Shown one piece after another: positions 50,863 to 64,000 of a DNA stretch of 64,000 bases. Each line of letters opens with the position of its first letter. Position 1 is the stretch's first letter. A program made the translations under genes and the position numbers. Origin of the DNA: Octopus sinensis (lineage: Eukaryota); assembly GCF_006345805.1 (NCBI RefSeq), contig NC_043001.1, forward strand, positions 94,302,001 to 94,366,000. Reading direction: 5' to 3'. The notes beneath the pieces are model-generated. The model saw nothing but the letters and a program-made list of their open reading frames with translations, did no database searches and was not told the origin of the DNA.

Positions 50863-53800
50863 CATATTTATTAGGTGGTATGATTTCTTGTTTGTATTTG
50901 TCAGCTTCCTTAAATACTGAGAACAGTTTTTTGTTTTGCTCGTGTTTTACCGCTATTTGTATCAGTTTTCCTTCCTTCTGAAGTAGATATTATTGCAGTC
51001 CTATGGTGGTTATTCTATAGTAGTTTTCCAGCTGTATTAGGCCTCTACCACCTTCTATACGTTGTATATATATTCTTGCTATGTCAGATATATGGTGATG
51101 CATCCTAGATCCTGTCATTATTTTTCTTGTTTTCCTATCTATTTTGGTCAGTTCATTTAGTGTCCAGTTAAGTATATTGTAGCTGTAACTTATAACTGGG
51201 ACAGCTAAAGTGCTAATACCTATTATCTTGATTTTAGCATTGAGCTCTGTTTTTAGTATTGATCTAACTCGTCTGTAATATTCTTTTTTTTTTTTTCTCT
51301 TTCATTTGTGTGTGTTGTGTCTTATCTAGTTCATGGATTCCTAAGTATTTGTAAGTTTGACTTTGGTCTAGTTCTTTTATTTCATTGGTTTTATCTAGTG
51401 TGATGTTGCCACTCTTGACTATTTTTCCTCTTTTCAGGATTACTTTGGCGCATTTTTCTAATCCAAATTTCATATCTATTTCTTTGGTAAATCCATGAAA
51501 TGTCTTTAATAGTGTTTCCTGCAGTTTGTCATTTGCAGCGTATAGTTTTAGGTCATCCATATATAAAATATGGCTGATCGTTTTGCCGTAACATTTATAT
51601 CCGCATCCAGTTCTATTTAGCATATCAGATAGAGGTGACAGTGCCAAGCAGAAAAGGAGTGGAGAGAGCGTGTCTCCCTGGAATATTCCTCTTCTAATGG
51701 GGAGGGATGGCTTTGGTTTTCATGAGTTCTTCTTTTGTTTGGAGCTGTAGCACTGTTTGCCATTTATTCATAGAGTGCCCTGTGAATTTTATAATTGTTA
51801 GTGCTGCTTTGTTAATGGCTAGTGTTTCGAGGATCCATGTGTGGGGGATGCTATCAAACGCCTTTTTGTAGTCGATCCAGGCCGTACGGAGGCCTTTCTT
51901 CTTTCTGTGGCTGTCTTCAGATGGCTTTATTAATCATTAGTTGATCTTTACAGCCATATGAGCCTTTGCGGCATCCTGTCTGCTCTTCTGGAAACAGGTT
52001 GTTTTCGTCCAGGTGCTTGTTCAACCTTTGCGATATCACTGCAGTAACTGCCTTGTACATTGTAGGGAGACAGGTTATTGGTCTGTAGTTTTCTGGTTTT
52101 TCTGACTCATTTGATTTGGGAATTAAGATGTTTTTCCCCTTCGTGAGCCATTCAGGCATTGTCTCTGGCTCTGCTAGTATGTTGTTAAAGTTTTCAGCCA
52201 GCTTTCTGTGCATTCCTGCTAGATATTTCAACAAGAAGTTGGGGATCTTGTCATGCCCAGGAGCCTTCCAGTTGCTTAGTCTTTGCAGTGCCTGGGTGAC
52301 CTCTTCAGTTGTTATGGGGGTCCAAAGTTGCTCAGATGTTTGTTGTTCGTTCGCCGACCATATTTCTCTCCAGAATTCTTCCATTTGTTCTGCCGTTGGT
52401 GCTGCAGTGATTTCTATTTTATTTTTGCCAAGTTCTTGGTAGAAATTTTTGGGGTTGGAGTTGAACTTTTTGTTTTGTTCAAAGAAGCGCTGGCGTTTCT
52501 CGTACCGGCGGATCCTTTGTGCTTTAGCAAGGATATCTTGCTTCAGCTTTTCTTTTATCTCAGGTAAATGTTTTTCTGTGATGTTATATTTGCGGAGTAT
52601 TTTTGTTTTCTTTTTGTTGCTCAATAGTATTGATTGTCTACTGATTTCATTAAGAATCGACAGAACTTTTCTCATTTTTTGTATTTTTTTTTTATGTTAA
52701 TTATCCACAGGGTTTGTTTGGGTGGTGGTACTCCTGTTTGGATGTGTTTGAGTGAGTATCCAGCTTCTTTTGTGGCTACAGTGGCTGCTGCGTATACTAA
52801 GTCATTTAGCTCAGTGATATCGCTTTTTGTTTCAGTGGCTCTTAGTCCCGTGACGGCTAGGGTTATGCTGTTTATAATTGGTGTTGTTGTTTCGTCTATT
52901 TTGATTTTGCGGAGGTATGGTCGGTGGTCCATTTTGAGCTCTGTGGTTTTCAGTTCTTTGATTATTTTACTTTTTATATTATCATAATCACTAGACTCCC
53001 CTTTGTTGTTTTCAGGTTTTAGATTTGTGTCGCTTTCTTTCTTATTTATGTGTTTGTTTGCCGTGTTTTGGCTAGCTGTTTGTCGTGTAGTATTATGCAT
53101 CCTTACGGTCTGGGTTTGTTGTTTTTTGTTTACATCGTGTTTGTTGGGACTGTTACGTTTGTCTTCGTGTTTTACTGTTTCAGTGTTTATATTATTGGGC
53201 ATTGTTGTGTGGCTTCTATCTACGTTTTCCTGGTGTATTTTTTCTTTTAGATGTTCTATTTCTATTTCTGATATTTCTTTTGCGTTGAGAATGTATCTTC
53301 GTACGTTAGCTAGTTTATTAGGGTTCATTGCTGTATCCAAGTCTATATTTAAGTTATTTTCCTTCCATATTTTATATGTATGTTTTGTTGTATTTTCATT
53401 TTTTGGGTAGAGCACTGCTATGAAGTATGCGTGTAGGATAGAAATGCTTTCCTCACGTGTCCATTTATGTATTTTGGGATTTATTTGCAGGACATGAGGA
53501 ACAGCGTCCGGCCCATTATTTTGACGGTCGTCATTTTCGTAGGGTACCGCTCCGTAAATTTCTGTTGTCACATTGTTTTGCACGTGTAGTTTTTCGTACA
53601 TTTTGTGTTGTAAGTTTAAAGTATTTATGTCCCGATTGTTATTCTTGGGTTGAATAATATCGGTGGTATTTGATTTCTTCGGTGTTTTTTTGTACATGGT
53701 GTTTGGGGTCGGGGATGATCTGGTGTTGATGGATCGTAATGTTTCACGCATGTTTACTTGTGTTGTGTTAGAGGTGGAGATGATATCGAGTTAAAATACA

Positions 53801-54012
53801 TCATTTCGTTTCGAAAATATAAATAAATTTCAATGAGTATTACTTACTCGGATATAGTCCAATCCTTTGTGAGTAAAATTTTTGCTCCATACGATGTCTT
53901 TGTTTTCGATGTTTGTGGATAGATTTCGGAGCTCTGTTTTATCGTTCTTACATCTTAAACGTCCCCCGGTCTTATCTCCGTCTTCCGGTGTTATCTCCGT
54001 CCCCCGGTGTTA
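49888..54012 (-). mobile_element. Full-length R4/Dong-clade non-LTR retrotransposon (restriction-like endonuclease type) flanked by (TAA)n
   Basis: 5' UTR with 19-bp repeats, a single long broken ORF and a ~95-nt 3' UTR; both flanks are (TAA)n on the element strand. Confidence 0.93.
49984..53751 (-). pseudogene. Dong ORF: Myb-like N-terminus, RT, CCHC and RLE; several frameshifts and stops
   Basis: HKWTREE, NYRPITCLPTMYK, EQTGCRKG, WIDYKKAFDS, GIFQGDTLSP, LYMDDLKLY, YKYLG, CRICGDGQEAINHIISGC, RHD, RPDIV, IDISIP and KLSKYKDL. Confidence 0.95.
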
Positions 54013-54021
54013 TTATTATTA

Positions 54022-54076
<55 letters not shown>

Positions 54077-54078
<2 letters not shown>

Positions 54079-54310
54079 GGCGGTGAGTTTGCAGAAACGT
54101 TAGCATGCCGGGCGAAATGCTTAACAGTATTTCGTCTACCGCTGAGTTCTGAGTTCAAATTCCGCCGAGGTCGACTTTGCCTTTCATCCTTTCGGGGTCC
54201 ATAAATAAAGTACCAGTTACGCACTGGGGTCGATATCATCGACTTAATCCCTTTCTCTGTCCTTGTTTGTCCCCTCTATGTTTAGCCCCTTGTGGGCAAG
54301 AAATAAATAA
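54077..54310 (+). mobile_element. SINE family 3 (degenerate minus-strand copy at ~60195-60345)
   Basis: GGCGGTGAGTTTGCAGAA head, GAGTTCAAATTCCGCCGAGGTCGACTTTGCC B-box region and AT-rich tail. Confidence 0.75.
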
Positions 54311-54317
54311 ATAACTA

Positions 54318-54376
<59 letters not shown>

Positions 54377-55100
54377 TGCAAGTACAAATATAGCTATTAT
54401 ATACTGATTCTAGAGGAGAGCAAATTGTTAAATATTCATCGTAAACATTATAATTTCTAACCAGTAGACAAAACATCTCACTGTCACCCATATTATTTCA
54501 TGAATTTTACTGTCTTTGCTCATTGAAGGTTGTTAGTTATAAATAATCTTAAGTAAAATTTACTAGCCAGAGTCTCTTTCCCCGACTAACAATTTAGATT
54601 CAACTCTCAATATATTTTTCTTAACATGAAGAATCAAGGTATACTTTTTAGTATATCATGTCCTATAATATCCATTCTGTCGTTGATTCACAGACGTTTA
54701 AACGAGACATATTCTCTATCAGCGTCAACAATCGCCGAAGTTTCAGAAACCATAAAAAAAAACGTAATAGTTTATTTTCTTTTATTAGCTTAGAAATCAC
54801 AAATCGTAACTTGATATGTATATTTGCAACAATATAAATTTACATATATTTCAACTGAAAAACAGTTTAGCTGAAGCTACAATCTATAATTCTCACATTT
54901 AGTTTTACCTAAATACATTATAGCAACAATTTACGCAATCATGCTACAAGATCTCGAGTTTACAAACAATTTTTTAACCGAATGAAAAATGACTTATAAC
55001 TATAATCGATAGCGGAATTAGTAGTAAAAGCTCTTACATTCAGAATGCTGGAAATACAATGCAGAATATATAAACATACATACATACATACATACATACA

Positions 55101-55133
<33 letters not shown>

Positions 55134-55340
55134 GCATACATATATACATATATACATACATACATAATTATATTTGTATATATATATATGTGTGTATATA
55201 TATATATATGCATCAACGCAATTACCTCTTTCAAACTTTCTCTAACCCTCTCGCTTTCTCTCTCTTTCTCTCATATATATACATATATATGTATATATAT
55301 ATGTTTATATATATATATATATATATACATATATATTTAC

Positions 55341-55388
<48 letters not shown>

Positions 55389-55938
55389 TATATATATACG
55401 TACACATATATGTATAATTACGCGCATCCACGTAATTACGCCTTTCAATCTTTCTCTCTCTAGCCCTCCTCACTTTCTCTCTCAACAAACACACACACAC
55501 GCACATACACGCACAAAAACACACAAATATATATGTCCGAGTTTGTATCATGGTGTGTAGAAGAATATATTAATCAATAGAATTCCAATTAAGTTTCATT
55601 ATCACGTTATAATATTTGCAACTTTTGCAATTTTAGTATATCGAATGTAACTAGTTAGTATATATATACTATATATAAGCTAGTACTTTCATACGTTATG
55701 CAATCATCAGCTTCATATAGTGATAGACATATTCCAAAATTAACAAGTGCGACAAGGTGTCAGTTGTGGAACACGTCTGTCATTACATAAACCTGGTGAT
55801 TGCGTAACGCATGAAACTAGTACTGTATTCCAATATTATAAAATTATAAAAGTTGCAAATAATAAAACTTGAAAATCAGACTTACTTGCAATTTCATTGA
55901 TTACTATACACACTCAGGCACATACACACACACATATA

Positions 55939-57018
55939 TCTATATATATAAAACTCAACTTGTGTGTTTGTGCGTGCATCTGCGTGTGTGTCTGTGTGTT
56001 TAACTTCGCGGCACATCTCCTCCTAGCCAACAAATTGTAGAACCAACAAAAATGGGTCACTTATAGTTTAGGCGAATGAAAATTGAACTGCGCTATTTCT
56101 GTTCCAAATTCATCTCGCAAGTGCAAAAATCGATTATGTGTTTGTTTAGAACTTATCCCATGCATTGAATAGTGAACTTTACTACAGCTGTTTGACGTGA
56201 ACTGTGTTCACCACGCGTGCAAGTATGCGTAAATTGCACGAAAAATAAAACAATCAAGATATAAAAACGAATCGCCGTAAACATTGTAGAAATTCAGCAA
56301 AGAAATGAATTTTCGGGATGTAGCCTGGAGGTTTTTTCGTATTAATCGTTTGGACTTTCTGAACACCTACCAATTGTTTACATAACATTTTTTAACGCTT
56401 TGAATTAAATGTGGCCATTTTGCGTTGAGTCTGCAGTTTGAATCACTTTAACCAAAGTTTAGCAGGCCGGATTTTTGATCATCACGATACATCGTCAGCG
56501 ACTCCCTGAAACTCTCCCTTGAAATCCCCGTTGAAAAATCTATATATATGAAACTCAACTTGTGTGTCTGTGTGTTTAACTTTTGGATCTACCAAGTTTC
56601 ATTATTAAGGATGGAAAGTAGTTTGTAGCAAATCTATATATATAAAGCTGAAGTTGTCTGTGTGTAGCAGGTTTGGTAGCCTTCAACTAACACTATCTTC
56701 TTCGAGACCCTGCAGCGCAAGTTGACCAAAATTAAGAGTATGATAGAAGAAGGCTTGTTCTTCATTTTGTAGGAGATAAAATTAAAATTGGACCATGTTC
56801 ACACCAAAAAGTATTTACATCAAAGAGGTGCTTTTTTTTCTATGGAAATCCCTATTTTTTACGATTTTTGACTGCTGTGTCACCATTTTTCGGTATATTT
56901 CAACTGGAAAAATGTTCACTTGAGAATAACAAGTTGCATAATAGAAAATTTTTACTTTCCCAAAATCCCAATTCTAAATGGTCGAAACAAACCCAAGCAA
57001 CACCGGGTGATACTGCTA

Positions 57019-57019
<1 letters not shown>
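55939..57019 (+). mobile_element. Composite non-autonomous Helitron (three 5' ends, one 3' end)
   Basis: A|TCTATATATAT starts at 55939, 56539 and 56633; hairpin CCCAAGCAACACCGGG followed by TGATACTG-CTAG|T ending at 57019. Confidence 0.8.
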
Positions 57020-57073
<54 letters not shown>

Positions 57074-57111
57074 CATGTATACATATATATGTAGATATAT
57101 CTATGTATATT

Positions 57112-57143
<32 letters not shown>

Positions 57144-59128
57144 GCAGTATCACCCGGTGTTGCTTGGGATATATATATGTGTGTGTATGTGGGTGTGGGT
57201 GTGTGTGTATGTATATATGTATATACATGTATACATATATATGTAGATATATCTATGTATATTTATATATATATATATAATATATATATATATTGTGTGT
57301 ATATATATATTGTGTGTGTGGGGGTGGGGGGTGGGGGGGTGTATGTATATATGTATATACATATATACATACACACACCCCCACACCCATACACACACAC
57401 ACATACACACACATATATATATATATATATATTTATGTTTATATATTTATACTTATATATACATACATATATATATATAAAATTATAAATTAGGATATCC
57501 ACGAGATACCACCATGCTGAAAATAGCAGCCATGATCCGACTCTAAAACCACCTTAAATGTCCATATAGCAACACGGAGAGAAGACAAAGAGACAAGATG
57601 AAACTAGTAAAAAGTTACTGGATAGTATGTATATATATATACATATGTGTGTGTGTGTTTGCGTGTCTGTGTTTGTCCTCCCAATATCGCTTGACAACAG
57701 ATTCTGGTGTGTTTACGTCCCCGTATCTTAGCATTTTGGCAAATGAAAACGATAGAATAAGTACTAGGTTTACAAAGAATAAGGTCCTGGGGTAGATTTG
57801 CTCGACTAAAGGCGGTGCTCCAGTATGGCCGCAGTGAAATGACTGAAACAAGTAAAAGAGTGTCTACATGTACGGATTTCTAGAGAAATATAAACATAGA
57901 CGGACACAAATGCACACTCATCCATATATACAGAGACCCTGTATGATATATGCTCATCGCAAAACATTTCACCGTTTTCGATATTCTATAATAAACAAAA
58001 AGTGGTAAAAGTTGACTGTGACTTCGAAGTGAAGATTCATCTTTATTCTATTACTTAAGGTGTCATATGCTTGCAGCAGCAGCCAGAATCTTGCTTTCTT
58101 GTATGCAGATGGATGCATTTAAGAGTTTATTAAACACAGCTTGCGAATAACATTTCTTAAAAGTGCTGTTTACTCTGACTGTCGCTATTTCAAAATAACA
58201 AAGCCATCTTTCCTCAGTGTTGGGTCGCATCTACCCACATCTTGACTCATTCAGTCTTCGTCTATCTTCATGTCACTCGCTTTGTTTCCAACAACCCACC
58301 CATTTCAATCCCTGTATTGTCCAAGTCTCCTCGTATGGGTATTGGCTCTCCTCTCATGCATTCATTACAGGTTTTCATTTCTAGCGCCTTAAGCTGGAGG
58401 ACGTTTTCCATGGTTTCGTTTGTGGAACTGCGTATATCACGTGTAAATTGCCCTAACATACACGGGTGAGCACACACATTCAGACACACACGTACACACA
58501 CACACTATGGCCTGAGAATTTTAACGTACTTCCACATTGAACTCTAATCCTGATCGTCTGTTCCTGTAAGGGGTAGTTTGATACGGAGTATATTTCATTA
58601 TGAGAAAGGGAAATGGCAAAAAAGATAGTGGAAGAGAAAGTCAAAGATACAGAGAAGGATAGAACGTGAATTTCTAAGGATTTAGTTGCTAATTCCAACT
58701 AGGCAAGGGTTTCTGATTGGCTTCTTCGTATACATACAGTAGACCAGAAAAAAAACTAGATGAAAAGAAAACCATACAAATTTAAAAACCAAAATATAGT
58801 AGAGAGCAAACACAATGGAATTTTCGAAGCAACCAAAACTGAAAATTAATTATATAGACTCTTCATAATTTGTATACGAGCAAACAGAAATGATATATTT
58901 GCTATCAGACAACATACACAACCCAGATAAATGAGTGGGTAAACAAGATGCATAGTGACAAATTCATGCACCGAATTAGATGACAACATCTGAGTGATTT
59001 TCACTATATGCATAAAATAATTAAATTTTATTGTTTTATTGTTTTATTTTTTAATTATACTAGAGGTTGTCATTGTTAGCATAACAAGTAAAAACGAAAT
59101 TATTATTGTTGCTAACAAGAACAACAGC

Positions 59129-59184
<56 letters not shown>

Positions 59185-59224
59185 TAATAATAATAATAAT
59201 GATAATATTAAAAATAATATTAAA

Positions 59225-59270
<46 letters not shown>

Positions 59271-59294
59271 TTAAAGATAATAATAATAATAATA

Positions 59295-59349
<55 letters not shown>

Positions 59350-59395
59350 CGATGATGACGATGATGACGATGATGATGATGAAAATAATAATAAT

Positions 59396-59549
59396 AAATT
59401 GCACTACTAGGCACTGCACACATACTACGCAAAACACTTTCAATACAGTAACCATCAGAGCATCACAACAAATCACAGCACATACCCAAGGCACAGAGAG
59501 CTGCGCTCGGTAGAGAAGTGAAAGCATGCTATAAACATAAAACTACTGA
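59396..59549 (+). mobile_element. Short 3' fragment of the Dong element in a compound (AAT)/(GAT) array
   Basis: Encodes IALLGTAHILRKTLSIQ* followed by the same 3' UTR as 49888-49985. Confidence 0.9.
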
Positions 59550-59690
59550 ATGATGATGATGCTGATGATGACGATAATAATAATAATAATAATATTAACA
59601 ACAACAACAACGACGACGACTACGACGACTACGATGACTACGACGACGATGACGATGACGATGACGATGATGATGAGGATGATGATGAGG

Positions 59691-59796
<106 letters not shown>

Positions 59797-59837
59797 GAAG
59801 AAGAAGAAGAAAGAAGAAGAAGAAGAAGAAGAAGAAG

Positions 59838-60110
59838 ACATTGATAAAACTGCACAATATATTAACTGGGTAATTTGCAAAAGCCTGGACTTGCCCCATA
59901 ATAAAAACTGGTGGGTACACAAACCACATCCAGTGCTTGAAAATGACCACATCTCACTCCTCTGGAACTTCACCATTCAAACTAACCGAAAAATAGATGC
60001 GAATAGGCCAGACATCATATTGAAAGACTTCAGACAAAAATCATGCCTCCTCATTGACATGAATGTCCCAATCGATATAAACGTAACTGTTAACACAGTT
60101 ACCAAAAACT
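59838..60110 (+). pseudogene. RLE-domain fragment of a second R4/Dong-like lineage
   Basis: DKTAQYINWVICK...NWWVHKPHPVLEN...LLWNFTIQTNRKIDANRPDIILKD...CLLIDMNVPID. Confidence 0.85.
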
Positions 60111-60849
60111 GAGAAAAAATAAAGATCACGAAATACAAATACAATTTAGCAACAACAACAACAACAATAATAATAAATATACTTTTATTCAATAGTGAAA
60201 TTTGGCAGAGGGGATTAGTCGATTACATCCACTATAGTACACAACTGGTACTTAGTTTATCGACCCCCGAAATGATAAAAGTCAAAGTCGACATCCGCCG
60301 AATTTGAACTCTGAACGTGAAGCAAATTTTGAAACCGCCATTTCAGTGCAGCATGCAGAGTCCCACCTTGAGGGTTCTTAGCCGAACAAACTGACACTGG
60401 GGCTTAATTGTTTCAAGACTAATATTTATTTTACCGGTTCTGTGGCCGAACCGCTAGGTCAGAGGGACATAAACGCAATACTGCCGCTTGTCAAACGGTT
60501 ATGGGTGTAAATAAAAGACAGAGAAAGACACACATAGATATATGAATATATATACATACACATATAATAATCAGGCAATAATGCTGTAGCTCTGGAAGGA
60601 GCACAGTGAATTTGCCTTGGGGTATTGAATATCCAACCATTCGAATCGAATCCCTCGTCACGGGTGAGAAAAAACGAGAGGATAAAGAGTACAAAGTCAC
60701 AGTTTACACCCTCTAAGTTGCAGCCACTTTTTCAAGCAGAGATGTATGTTATATATGAGTATGAGTATATGTACTCATATGTATATGTATATTTTTTATT
60801 ATGGGTATACACCCACACCTTTATAAGTATATATGTAATCTAATTTCTA

Positions 60850-60977
60850 ATCTCCGAAGAGGCCTTAGGTCGTTTTTGTAAATGTCTCATTTATAACTAC
60901 ATATTGACCTACCATAAATGGCTAATATGAGTTGAATGAGACATGCTTATCTACATGGCCGAAACAGATGTAAGATA
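60850..60977 (+). ncRNA. Type I hammerhead-like fold with a long extended stem II (core variant CCGAAGA)
   Basis: ATCT-CCGAAGA-GGCC ...~92 nt... GGCC-GAAAC-AGAT-GT-A-AGAT; internal helices ATGTCTCATT/AATGAGACAT, AACT/AGTT, CATATT/AATATG and CCA/TGG. Confidence 0.6.
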
Positions 60978-61228
60978 TAATCTATATTTATATTTATGTG
61001 CACTTATATTTATGTTCTATTATATATATATTCTACTTATTGTATAACATTACTATTTTATGTACACTCCTTCATGTACACTGCTTTACCCTGCATTATT
61101 ATGTTTAACCTTATAGTTTCTTATATAGTGGTTTAATAATGTATGTGATTGAATATTATCTGGTAATTGATATTTGATTTCGAAGTATTTCTCCATTTTC
61201 TTATTTTATATGTATATATATATTTGTA

Positions 61229-61326
<98 letters not shown>

Positions 61327-62861
61327 ATGTTTGTGTGCGTATGTGTGTGTATAGAAAATTGCAAATGGTACGCTTCCAGACAGTTATGTGATACAAAAAA
61401 GGGACTACGTAACTGTTTGGATGTTTTGCATCCCATTTTGTATTATATATATATATATAACGGTGTACACTTTGGTCCCTATATATATATATATATATGT
61501 GTGCCTGGTGTGTGTATGTGCATGTTTTCATGTTTCTGTACGTGTGCGTGTCTGTGTGCTTACACATGCAACACACACACATACACTCACACACATACAC
61601 ACGCACGGATCTAATGTAAATTTTATTTTTATTGTTTTGTTTTCGCATCTTTCTACACTGTCGTGCTATTTTATTGCCAATGTCAAAGATTTATAGTTGA
61701 TGTAGTTATGCGCTGCTCAGCTCTGTTTCAACTTCCGCTTAAGCATGCGAATGACGTATAATTAATCAAACGTCGTAAATAAACATATATTAACAAGAAA
61801 TATCGAAAGAATTAGAAAAAAAAATATATATCGGTTATTGTCAGAAAATATAATATGTTTCACATGGAAAAGCGAAATAGTTACAACACTTTCGTAGCGC
61901 ATCCATGACGATATCCATCGATATGCTTTGTTTTGTATGATTTGATTTGTCTTTCTCTATTTCTACATTTCTCCTCCACCCATCCAACTATCCCTTTTTA
62001 TATTTGTGTATGGCAAACATCTGACTCTTTAAAATACACCCACACATACTCTTACGCCTGCTTCTAACGTTGTCGTCAGATACGTATGCCTGTATGTTAT
62101 ATATGCAATAATGTTCGTATAGCTACATAAACATAAGTTTATATGCATGCGATAACAACTAGACCTGAAGTTTAACTATTAACGTTGTCGGTCTCAAGAT
62201 CATATGGATGTGATTTCGATTCTTGCAACCGAATTCCTTCATGTCATCCGGTCTGAAAAATGCAAAAAAAAAAAAATGAAATCTTTATACGGCATTATTT
62301 GCCTCCATGTATAATCCACGTATTCTACATGAATGATGTGAGTGTTACGTAGATGCTTTGTGAATATATTGATTTGATTCGATACTTAAACAATACAGAG
62401 CATAATGTCTTCATAAATATGCGTATATCTAACTATATACGTATGTATGTATGTATCTATCTATCTGTTTATCTATCCATTAATATATATTTTTAATTCT
62501 TTTACATGTTTCACTCATTTGACTGCGACCGTGTTGGAGCACCGCCATAAATCGTCCTCACGATTTATCCTTTGTTAGCTTAGTACCTAACTTATCGGTC
62601 TCTTTTGCCGAGTCGCTTTGTGACGTGTGCGTAAAATCACCAGCATCGGTTGTCAGGCGATGGTGAGGGGACAAACACAGAGAGGCAAGGAGACACAAAC
62701 ACATACACATACACATATATGATTAAACGTGGCTATAGTAGAATATACTTGCTCAAGGTGTCACGCAGTGAGACTGAATTCGGAAACATGTGGTTGGGAA
62801 GCAAGCTTCATACTACACAACCACTCCTGCACCGATACACACACACACACACGTGTGTGTG

Positions 62862-62903
<42 letters not shown>

Positions 62904-62932
62904 AGAGAGAGAGAGAGAGAGAGAGTTGCATA

Positions 62933-63189
62933 CTGTTGACATAAGCTGACAGTCCCGTAAAGAGAATTAGCCCACCGCTATTTAGCCCTAGGAAGCATCG
63001 AGGCTTCATGTCGGTTTTGAAACATTTCCTGTGTTCTTATATTTGCGAAGGAGAGGCAAGCACCACCACCAGCTAGGGCTAGTACCTAGAGAAATATGTC
63101 AAAGCCGTCAGGAGGGGTCGATGCTTCCTAGGGCGGCTAAATAGCGGTGAGGTAATTCCCTTTACGGGACTGTCACGTTATGTTGACAG
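62933..63189. mobile_element. MITE with ~70-bp TIRs
   Basis: TA|CTGTTGACATAAGCTGACAGTCCCGTAAAG... mirrors ...CTTTACGGGACTGTCACGTTATGTTGACAG. Confidence 0.85.
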
Positions 63190-63302
63190 TCTGGAACTAC
63201 TGTATCGCTCCACCACCGCCCATGGCTCTCTGAGAGATTTAGAAATTCAATATTTCTAAATAAATAACAAATATATATATATATATATAATATATATATA
63301 TA

Positions 63303-63335
63303 CTAGCTGAAGGTGACCCGCTCTACGCGCGGGTA
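63303..63335 (-). mobile_element. Isolated Helitron-like 3' end
   Basis: CCCGCGCGTAGAGCGGG hairpin followed by CTAG|T on the minus strand. Confidence 0.55.
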
Positions 63336-63354
63336 AGAGTGTGGGGTTACTTTC

Positions 63355-63640
63355 TGTTGCTTCCTTTCAGCACGTAAAAAGCACCATCCGAACGTGGACG
63401 ATTGCAGCACCGCCTTGACTTGCTTCTGTGCCGGTGGCACGTAAAAAGCACCAACCGATCGTTGCCACTGCGAGCCCCCCTGGCACCAGTGCCGTCGGCA
63501 CGAAAAAAGCACTCACTACACTCACAGTGTGGTTGGCGTTAGGAAGGTCATCCACCTGTAGAAACACTGCCAGATCAGACTGGAGCCTGGTGCAGCCTCC
63601 TGGCTTCCGAGACCCGGTCACACTGCCCAACCCGTATTTG
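63355..63640 (+). mobile_element. SINE fragment with three GCACG(T/A)AAAAAGCAC subrepeats and an RTE-like GGTTGGCGTTAGGAAGG block
   Basis: Direct reading of the subrepeats; the RTE relationship is recalled similarity only. Confidence 0.6.
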
Positions 63641-64000
63641 TTTCTCTCCGTATTTGTTTCTCTCTCCTTTCTCTCTCACTTTCCCACTCTCTTACTTTTC
63701 TTTTCTCTCTGACTCTCCCTCGCTTTCTCTTACTCTCTATCTTTATCTATCTCTCTCCCATTTATAAACAACAGAAGATCTTGAGTAAGTTGAGAATAAA
63801 ATATTTAGAAAGATCAATCAGAATATGAGGCAGTGGCAATGGAAAGGTCTGCTTCAAGGCAGACAGCAAAACGCTAACATTCAAAAGGGACAGACGAACT
63901 TGCGAGCTGAATAAAAATAATAAAATATTGGAAACCAATTTGAAGTGATAGAATCTGAGGATAGTAGAGTCACCATGGCTGGCATTTGTTAACGACGGAC

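Overview
AT-rich, microsatellite-dense eukaryotic DNA with no recognisable intact host gene. The SINE families and repeat landscape look like octopus/cephalopod DNA; this is inference from recalled repeat consensus, not a database hit. The window is mostly mobile DNA: a CR1-like LINE with an uninterrupted 1034-aa APE-RT ORF2 and a CCCH-finger ORF1; a full-length but disrupted R4/Dong RLE retrotransposon plus fragments, all sitting in (TAA)n arrays; many tRNA-derived SINEs; decayed Tc1/mariner, MULE, Helitron and Penelope-like remnants; and several foldback elements. A 3.0/2.2-kb tandem duplication carries a candidate Cys-rich exon and provides a filled and an empty Dong target site. The main discovery is a set of hammerhead ribozyme (HHR) carriers. 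A ~550-bp tandem array (40.8-42.65 kb) has one type I HHR per unit and looks retrozyme/Penelope-pLTR-like. A tRNA-headed SINE ends in a minimal HHR (~40.0 kb). An HHR-like fold has a ~95-nt extended stem II (~60.9 kb). All folds and translations were done by eye, and most ORFs in the supplied track are microsatellite artefacts.
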